A stretch of 64,000 bases of DNA from IMG/VR virus record IMGVR_UViG_3300028800_000060, positions 96,001 to 160,000 of that record. One strand, written 5' to 3'. The notes beneath the pieces are model-generated. The model worked only from the letters and a program-made list of their open reading frames with translations. It searched no databases and was not told where the DNA came from. The position numbers and the translations under genes are program-made. Each line of letters starts with the position of its first letter. Position 1 is the stretch's first letter. This document shows, piece by piece, positions 61,708 through 64,000 of the stretch. The DNA is from a virus.

Positions 61708-62022
61708 ATGTTTCAGTTTCATATTAAAGCGTACGGCCTTAAAGGCGATGGTAGTGGAGTAACAGGAAATTATCCATATCAATTAATTTTGAGAGTGGTT
61801 GGTGTTTCCGAAGCATCTCCAAAAAATGTATGGTTAAATGATTACGATACAGTTGCGCATGCTAAGACTGATGCGGCTACTGTATTTACCAGTGCAGGTG
61901 CTGCTGGCGTAACATGGACCGATAGTGGTAGCCCAGTCGTGGAAAGTTTAAGCAGTATTTTCACTCCCACATGGGGAACTGGTAGCATCACATTAGGAAC
62001 AAACGTGTACGTACCTGACTAA
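61708..62022 (+). CDS. late protein, possibly virion-associated
   Basis: TAAATA late promoter at 61645, AAGGA RBS, terminator after; G/S/T-rich. Confidence 0.6.
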   Translation: MFQFHIKAYGLKGDGSGVTGNYPYQLILRVVGVSEASPKNVWLNDYDTVAHAKTDAATVFTSAGAAGVTWTDSGSPVVESLSSIFTPTWGTGSITLGTNVYVPD

Positions 62023-62046
62023 ACTCTAGTTTAGAGAAAAAACTAC

Positions 62047-62078
62047 AAGGGCTACTGGAGAAATCTGGTAGCCCTTTT
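62047..62078 (+). terminator. intrinsic terminator
   Basis: AAGGGCTACTGGA-GAAA-TCTGGTAGCCCTTTT. Confidence 0.8.
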
Positions 62079-62235
62079 GTATTTGGATGTGTGTATGGGA
62101 AACAATGTCAAACATTTTTATTTGCCATTATGGATTCATTGGGGTATTTCATTCTTGCCAAAGAATTCGATTGAAAAAATTCGTCAATTACGACCTGATT
62201 TATTTGAACCAAACTCACCTTATAGAATAATTAAA

Positions 62236-62724
62236 TTATTTGATGGAAGATTGTGGATCACCTGGCTCAAGTAAAGATTCACAATAAACCCAAATAGCTG
62301 CGAAATTTTTAGATCCAGAACTGCCATTATTAAATATTTGATATTCGTATTCGGTAGCTTCAATATCGTTTGTGGTGAAACGCTTACCTTGAAGGGGACC
62401 ATTTATACAAAGATATTTTTTGTTTTTGGTAATATACGTACTAATTTGTAGTCCCGTACCTTTACATTTCACGCAAGGACCAAAATCGGTTTGAGCAAAG
62501 AAAAGTTTTTGAATTGCAACTGAATTTAAATCGGGATATTTCTTGGCGAATATGTCATACTTCTCTGAACACATACAGTTATTGTGATCCTGTAAAACGT
62601 GACTACCATACTTGATGAGTGGGTTATACTCTTCAAAACACCAACATTCATGTTCTTTTTTAATTGTTGTGGTTTTGAGAAAAGGAGTTTCTTTTACTGT
62701 GGTTGAAATTATTTTGGAAGTCAT
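62236..62724 (-). CDS. Zn-finger hypothetical protein
   Basis: CVKCKGTG, CINGPL.G. Confidence 0.6.
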   Translation of the reverse strand: MTSKIISTTVKETPFLKTTTIKKEHECWCFEEYNPLIKYGSHVLQDHNNCMCSEKYDIFAKKYPDLNSVAIQKLFFAQTDFGPCVKCKGTGLQISTYITKNKKYLCINGPLQGKRFTTNDIEATEYEYQIFNNGSSGSKNFAAIWVYCESLLEPGDPQSSIK

Positions 62725-63086
62725 ATCATTTTGCCCGAAAACGACAAAAATAATCTTTCCGCATCTTCATCAAGGCCAATACTCTTATATTTCTGGCAGG
62801 CCAAATCAATTAATTCGGCCTGAATTTCTGGAAATAAAGAAACAGAAGGAGATGTTCCAATTTCTTCCAATTGTTTGGCTTGGGTGAGAATTTCTATATA
62901 ATTTTTCTGGTCTTCATATTTTAGATAAACAGAAGATTTACCTAATGTATACCACATGAATGACGATGAGAGAAATGCACCCAAAAAAGCCCAAACTGGG
63001 CCATGCAAACAAAATGAAAAAGCGACGGCAATTATTGCGAGAATAATAAAAGACAAAACCGTTGGTTTAAATTTTACCATATTCAT
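62721..63086 (-). CDS. membrane protein
   Basis: Two N-terminal TM helices. Confidence 0.6.
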   Translation of the reverse strand: MNMVKFKPTVLSFIILAIIAVAFSFCLHGPVWAFLGAFLSSSFMWYTLGKSSVYLKYEDQKNYIEILTQAKQLEEIGTSPSVSLFPEIQAELIDLACQKYKSIGLDEDAERLFLSFSGKMI

Positions 63087-63391
63087 TCCAGTTCCAATTT
63101 TTTCTCAATTTCATATAAAAGAAGGTCATGATACCGTTCTAGAGAAACATCATGCTGAAATAACAGAGAATCTAATTTTTCATTAAAAGAATTAATCTGT
63201 TCCTCAGTGAGTTCATCCGGATCATACGTAGCATATAATGCGGCAACCTGTTCAAGTAAAAGTTTTTCTGCAAACGTTGTCATAATTTTATTCTCGTTCT
63301 TTGGTAGTTTTATGGTATTTTTCTTTCGAAGAAGTTTTGCTTTTCTGTGTCGTTGTTGGCGTGACATTTTAGTACTACTACAGTTTGACAC
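63083..63391 (-). CDS. hypothetical protein
   Basis: ORF downstream of a minus-strand TTGACA; true start probably internal. Confidence 0.55.
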   Translation of the reverse strand: MSNCSSTKMSRQQRHRKAKLLRKKNTIKLPKNENKIMTTFAEKLLLEQVAALYATYDPDELTEEQINSFNEKLDSLLFQHDVSLERYHDLLLYEIEKKLELE

Positions 63392-63432
63392 ATTTTAAAG
63401 AAAATGTCAAGTACTAAATATGGATAGAAAGT

Positions 63433-64000
63433 ATGCTAAATTCTAATTTTAACTTCACAACCCGATATACCGAGCAAGATCTTGTGGAAAGATTAATTAT
63501 CGAATCTATCCAAATATATGGTATGGATGTAACTTTTTGCCCTAAGACTATAGTAGATTATGATGCTCTATTGGGTGAAGACGTGCAAAAAGCCTTTAGA
63601 GATGCTTTTATTATCGAAAGCTATTTTGAAAATGTTGATGGCTTTATGGGTGATAAAAATTTCTTAAATAAACTGGGTTTAAATATCGATAAACAGGCAA
63701 CATTTATTATAGCAAAACGCCGGTTTGATGAAGTAATTTTGGGATTAAATTGGCGAGATTTTTGGAAAGAAACAAATTCGTATGCGATTAATGATGCCGT
63801 TCATTATCATGGTACGGTTTACATTAATATTTCCCCAGTAGTTTCATTTTCGTTGCAATTAACGAATGTAACTGGTTCTTTTAACCTATATGACCCCGTA
63901 ATGGGTGTTACCAGTGGAGCAACTGGTATGGTTAATAGTTTTGACCCCACAACGAAAATTTTAATCTTAACAAATATGGTTGGCGCATTTCAGTCTAATG
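63433..64000 (+). CDS. gp14: gp14 neck protein, partial
   Basis: Manual translation EQDLVERLIIESIQIYGMDV..CP...LLGED...IESYFENVDGFMG....L.KLGL.I....TFIIAKRRF; late promoter TAAATA at 63415. Confidence 0.9.
   Translation, partial: MLNSNFNFTTRYTEQDLVERLIIESIQIYGMDVTFCPKTIVDYDALLGEDVQKAFRDAFIIESYFENVDGFMGDKNFLNKLGLNIDKQATFIIAKRRFDEVILGLNWRDFWKETNSYAINDAVHYHGTVYINISPVVSFSLQLTNVTGSFNLYDPVMGVTSGATGMVNSFDPTTKILILTNMVGAFQSN

Noticed and set aside
1-64000. tRNA genes or stop-codon reassignment
   Set aside because: No canonical cloverleaf recognised; core genes are intact under code 11 and TAA, TAG and TGA all end genes.

Overview
A 64-kb slice of a large T4-like (T4-superfamily myovirus) phage genome. 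About 1-29.7 kb is an AT-rich virion module: gp26/gp51, gp54-like, gp2, gp4, gp48, gp53, gp27-like hub, gp5, PAAR, two collagen-like fibres, a GT4 glycosyltransferase, gp25, gp6, gp7, gp8 and a VrlC/DUF4815-like protein. It is driven by T4-type (TA)TAAATA late promoters that mostly sit only 5-7 nt before the start codon. About 29.8-63.4 kb is a more GC-rich accessory region of short sigma70-promoter cassettes. It carries a radical SAM enzyme, NrdC.10-like ATPase, UvrD helicase, SprT protease, minimal nucleotidyltransferase, bL12-CTD protein, PEP-CTERM and YXWGXW proteins (tentatively an Acidobacteriota-like host) and eight mosaic paralogues of a hexapeptide beta-helix protein. It separates neck gene gp13 (40.7 kb) from gp14 (63.4 kb). 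The most unusual feature is a ~1.4-kb island (56125-57508) almost free of GG/CC dinucleotides, with none in 56783-57508. Its two genes contain no Gly, Pro or Trp. The island lies at the transcription-strand switch, flanked by a GGATC-rich zone on one side and a TGGAG-loop hairpin array plus A-tract repeats on the other. Also notable are a probable -1 frameshift (U UUU UUA) fusing gp26 to gp51, a palindromic GTTATNATAAC operator family, and two candidate structured ncRNAs. All calls come from manual reading and motif recognition; no searches were run.
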